Source: Callorhinchus milii (lineage: Eukaryota). Taken from it: a DNA stretch of 64,000 nt. The first letter of the stretch is position 1. Every line of letters starts with the position of its first letter. Shown in pieces: positions 59,521 through 64,000 of this stretch. The stretch is from NCBI RefSeq assembly GCF_018977255.1, contig NW_024704742.1, forward strand, positions 105,278,001 to 105,342,000. The letters are read 5' to 3'. The notes beneath the pieces were generated by a model. The model ran no database searches and was not told where the DNA came from. It saw nothing but the letters and a program-made list of their open reading frames with translations. A program made the translations under genes and the position numbers.

Positions 59521-60300
59521 CACAATGAATATTTGGTGTTAGATCGCACATGATACAATAAAGTGACGAGCAGGCTCGATGAGCTGAACAGTTAACTCCT
59601 GTTCCTTTCTTAGAAACTGGAGTCACTGTTCTGTCTGCAGTCCTTTCCTCTGTTAACATTAAAACACAAATGATGGCTGCTGAAATTCCATACTGGGAAT
59701 CTAAGTTTGTAATCACCTGCAAGGAGAGAGTGAAAAAGACTGGGGGTGTGATTCATTTGTATTCAATTGCAGTCTAATGTTTCCTGTGCAACACTTCAGC
59801 AATTTAAGCAATGAAAGTAAAATGAGAAATAGATACCAAGAAAAATCACAGTAGAGTTTTATAGGATAAACTCAGCAGTTGGTATATGAGGGGCTGTAAG
59901 AAACAGCATTGAGTTTGTGTAAAAGGAGGCATCATCCACAATCATCAACTGGAAAATGCTAATGTTTCTTATGGTAAATCCTGGGTTTTGAGGTGGATTA
60001 TTTGCCAATATTTATAACTTCTCCATTAATTTTTCGACAAAAAGAAGTTGTGTTCTATTTCACTTCATTTTGATTTACTGTGACACGTCCTTTAAGGGTT
60101 TTGTTTCAAAGATCTGTGGTAAATTGGGCAATTATTTAAACCTAATTACCCCAAAACCAACCGAGCTGTATTTTGTTTTAATGAATAAACCTCTATTTCT
60201 TTGGAAATACACAAGTGAACACAGTTGATGACAGACAATCAGTTTATTTCAACGGTAGGACTTGGAGAGTGGTCACTGGAACCAGGAACACTTCCTACTC

Positions 60301-60561
60301 GGCTCCTGTTAACCCTACAAGCCATAACCCTAACAGATTGGGTGGTCCCTGCTGGACAAGCAGTGGGAGATTGCTAATCACTGCTCTCACTGGCAAACTG
60401 GTTTTAGCTGATTAAACCCCAGCAGTACCTCAGTGCACACCCTCGAGTCCCAAGTTTGGCTCTTTCCAATTTGCACTAATACACTCTAGAATTTGGTAAA
60501 CACGATGCATCCCTCCAGGGAGAGAGTGCGTATTCCGTCCTTGACACAGGAACATTTCCAT
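60301..60561 (+). repeat. Unclassified dispersed repeat, copy 2
   Basis: Colinear with 52070-52334. Confidence 0.75.
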
Positions 60562-60589
60562 TTTCCTACATACTGCTAGATGACAGACA

Positions 60590-60840
60590 TGTTTATGTAG
60601 CAGTAAGTAGGAACCTGGTTGTTAGTTGATTGGTGGATCGCTTTCCGAGGTAAGAAACCCTCAAAAAAAAATGATCATTCAATCCCTGACTGTTTCTGGG
60701 ACACTGCTCTGTACAATTGGCTGCCACATTTCATCCACAAAATACAGTTAATCCAGTTTACAGTATATTCTGTAAAGAGCTTTGAGATGTCTCGACGATA
60801 TGATGAGGCTTAATATCAAATGCAAGGATTATCATTATGA
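60590..60840 (+). mobile_element. SINE family A 3' part
   Basis: tagcagtaagtaggaacctggttgttagttgattgg...atatcaaatgcaaggattatcatt. Confidence 0.8.
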
Positions 60841-61994
60841 TTTTGTACACATGTGGAACTCTGCCTGGGTTGATACTCTTAGGACACCCGGCTGAACAAA
60901 CAAAAAGGTAAAAGTAATAGAAATTCCCCCCAGCTTTCCTGCAGGTGGTCAGATACATAGAACCGCAGTGGCCTGAGAAACATGGGTAACATAGGCTGTA
61001 ACTGCTGTGACTCAGAGAACTAAGAGTACTCCTTGATGATTAAAAATATAAGTAGTCATGTACTGAATAGGCAGTAAATAAAAAGATGAAATAAGTTGGC
61101 TTTGCCCATTTTAATTGGTAACTGAATTCCTATGTAATGATCGGTCAAGTGGACAAATAGATAGTTACCAGAGCAGTGTTTAATAGTCTGGCTTCTCTGC
61201 ATACTTCAAACTGAAAGAAATAGTACTCCAGTGATTTTGCTGAGCACCAGAGCCATATCAAAGCCTTAACCCCCATAAATTAGTAATGCGAAGTATATAT
61301 AAATCAATGCCCCAGGGTTTCTGGGAGAGATTGGATTTTCTCGCGTGCGATTATTCAACCTGCCTATCAAATGCATTTTTTACCACATGGCGACTTCTTG
61401 TAAAATAAATATTTGAAAAAAAATGTGAATTTGAGAGGAGAGGAAGGAGTATTTTTTATATTGCAGCTGTGAAAAATGTATTTTTTTTTGTCAATGAAAT
61501 GTTCAGCTTATGTGACGTGCGGGCACATAAACTAAAATAGAAAATGAGAACGACAGGTCCCAACACTGATTATTAGAGCATCAGCCGAATCCATTGTGGC
61601 TGCAAACCACATGTGTGTTTTATTTCACCCTTCCATAAATTCTAATTTTTATCGAAATTCCATTTTGTTTTTAAACTGCTTCAGGTTTAACACTTTGCTG
61701 GTATCTAATATTTGCATATACCCATTAAAGAGATATTTTGTTGCTATCTCTTTCCTCATCCACCTCCTCCACCGTAATGTGTATACACATGGGATATACA
61801 GTTGAAGAAAAGTGCAGTGCAAATAGGTACCGTACTTATTTTCTGGTGATATGACTTAGTGCTGTGTAAGATATATTAATTGGTTGTTATAATAATTTTA
61901 ATTCTTGCATTTGATATAGCAGATGTCTCAAAGCGTTTCACTTCACAGGATTCACTGTAAGATGTAGTAACCGTATTTTGTAGGTTATTACAAA

Positions 61995-62373
61995 AGTCTT
62001 GTAGCTCAGTGGGTGGCACACTCACCTCACAAGTGAGAGACCTTGGTTCGATTCCCAGCAGAGCGAAATGTTGGGCAAGTTTCTTAACTCCACACGCCTG
62101 TTTACCTAGCAGTAAGTAGGAACCCAGTTGTTAGTCGATTGGCAGATCACTTTTCCGGGGGTAATAATTCCTTCAAAAAAAAATAATAATAAATTGGTCA
62201 CTGAATCCATGACTGTTTATGGGACACTGCTGTGCGCAATTGGCTGCCTCGTTTCGCCCGCAAAATATGCAGTCAATTCACTTTACAGTATATTCTGTGA
62301 AGCGCTTTGAGACGTCTAGAAGATGTGATAAGACACTATATCAAATGCAGGGATTATTATTATTATTATTATT
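61995..62373 (+). mobile_element. SINE family A, full length (long form)
   Basis: gtagctcagtgg...ggttcgattccc...tgtttacctagcagtaagtaggaaccc...gtgaagcgctttgagacgtctagaagatgtg...(att)n. Confidence 0.9.
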
Positions 62374-62589
62374 AAATTCCTACAAATCCTTCAAAGCATG
62401 GGTTAGCCACTGGCATTTTGTTTTTGCAGTTATACATCAGAGGATTGTCGCTAGTTTGTGAGCTGGATTGTGAAATATTTAATAACCATAGGGACTTGTA
62501 AAGCAGTATTTTGTAGCTGAGAGGGAATCTAGGACCTGTGGCAGTGCTGGCAAAGACCTTTTACAGCATTGCAAATTGATAGCAGGGAT

Positions 62590-62840
62590 AATAACAATAA
62601 TCCTTGCCTTTGATATAGCGCCTACGTCTCTGAGCATTTCACAAGTAATTGCTGTTAAGTGTAGCCACTGTGTATTGGTAGGCGGATGCAGGAGCCAATA
62701 ATGCAAACAGCAGTGTCCCTTAAAACTAATGCTAAGTGACCAGTCTGTCACAGGGAGAAACTGCCTTCTCTTTTTAGATAGTGCTATGGTATTTTTAACC
62801 AGAATCAGTGGACAGGATTTCGGCTTTTGACATCTCATCC
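62590..62840 (-). mobile_element. Deu-domain SINE, diverged and truncated
   Basis: aataatccttgcctttgatatagcgcc...atagtgctatgg...tttgacatctcatcc. Confidence 0.6.
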
Positions 62841-63519
62841 CAAGTATACAAAATAAATTTCAAATAAATTTGATCAGAAAGCAATTTGGAATTGTAGCAT
62901 TTGACCTTTTGTTCTGATTGCAATATTCTGTCCAAGTTTGTTTAAAAAAATGTATATTGTTCTAGGCCTTGTGGATATCACATTTGCTACCTTCTCTTTG
63001 AGTGTCTGCAATGTTTGTATAGTTTGGTGGGTGGGGGGCAGAGAGAAAGGAAAGGAAGAAAGAAAGAAGGTACTTAGTATTATGTTCCCGTCAGTTATTT
63101 TAAAAACAAACTCCACGCATATGGCTGATTGCAATATTCATCGTCTTTTAATCCAGACAACAGAAATCAGGGATGAATAATTCAGGCCCGGCACAATTTG
63201 TTTTGTTTACTTGATATTTATCTTCATTATATGTTTCAGTAGAGAATACCTCAACACGATTACAATCTTACCCCGCTTGGGAATGGATTTATTTCAATCT
63301 AATGCCACTTTATATGGTGTATAATGTTCCTGTAGATTTATCACTCATGTTGATTATGTATCTTGATTTCTGATAATTGCTCTTATTTTGGAAAAAAACT
63401 GAGGTGCCAGTTGTCAGGAGCTCAAATTAAATTTGTTCTAAAATAACTGGGAGCTGGTCAGCCTGGCACTCTCATTTCTGTTGTGGAGGGTGTCAGGACT
63501 GACACTCACAGTCCAGTCT

Positions 63520-63680
63520 GACCATTGGCACCACCTTGTATTGTCGAAGGGGCTCATCAACATTTGGATGAGATGTTAAACTGAGATCCTATTTGCTTGT
63601 TCTATTCGGCTTCAAGATGCCAAGATACTATTGAAAAAGAAAGTGAATTTCTCCTGGTGTCCTGGGCAAAATTGTCCAGA
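63520..63680 (+). mobile_element. Deu-domain SINE central fragment
   Basis: tttggatgagatgttaaactgagatcctatttgc...tactattgaaaaagaaagtgaatttctcctggtgtcctgggcaa. Confidence 0.6.
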
Positions 63681-64000
63681 TACGATTCACCATTTCTCCT
63701 CCGATGAGCACAGGACCAAGCACTGATTGATAACTAGGATGGACCTGTGCTGTCACACTCATTTGAACCCTTCAGGACTTCAATGTGTTGTGTTCAAATA
63801 TGAGTGAAACACATTTAAAATTCTTGCAGCTCATGCTTCACTTTCCTGCATAACAGCACCAAAACATAGTATTTGCATGTGTCATCTGCCACTGAGTTCA
63901 CATTCTCTCAGTGGATCACAATTTCCTAGTGATCCAGCAATCTATATTTTAATTCATCTCAAAACTAACATTTTTTTTATTTCTTTGAACATCCCTTTAT

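Noticed and set aside
1..64000. CRISPR array, operon or other prokaryote-type system
   Set aside because: The sequence is eukaryotic intron; the recurring motifs are irregularly spaced SINE/LINE tails on both strands, not repeat-spacer arrays.

Overview
Vertebrate nuclear DNA, AT-rich and almost entirely intronic. The repeat content (Deu-domain SINEs, CR1 and L2 LINE 3' ends) points to a cartilaginous fish; this is inferred from recalled repeat families. The only host coding sequence I can support is one 132-bp, phase-0/phase-0 internal exon at 6582-6713 (+), encoding LGENCPDVMDIHFGQCYKITDEGMVALAKGCRRLQKIYMQENKL, a leucine-rich-repeat segment of FBXL17. I found neither the preceding nor the following exon, so the window is one exon within >6.5 kb and >57 kb of intron. 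The rest is transposon debris: a tRNA-Ala-headed SINE in old-long and young-short subfamilies, a Deu-domain SINE sharing the same L2-derived 3' hairpin tail, a third old tRNA-type SINE, L2, CR1 and L1 relics, a hAT MITE with an 8-bp TSD, a Tigger/pogo-like MITE and several fold-back elements. Almost all ORFs in the track are chance or repeat-derived. The best leads are a candidate 12-nt in-frame microexon or recursive splice site (17107-17118), a covarying 3' hairpin shared by L2 and two SINE families that was hit twice by L2 insertions, a family of ~220-bp palindromic MITEs, and a perfect 14-bp hairpin inside an eroded palindrome. I found no clear evidence of a wholly new gene system. Repeat boundaries were read by eye and are approximate.
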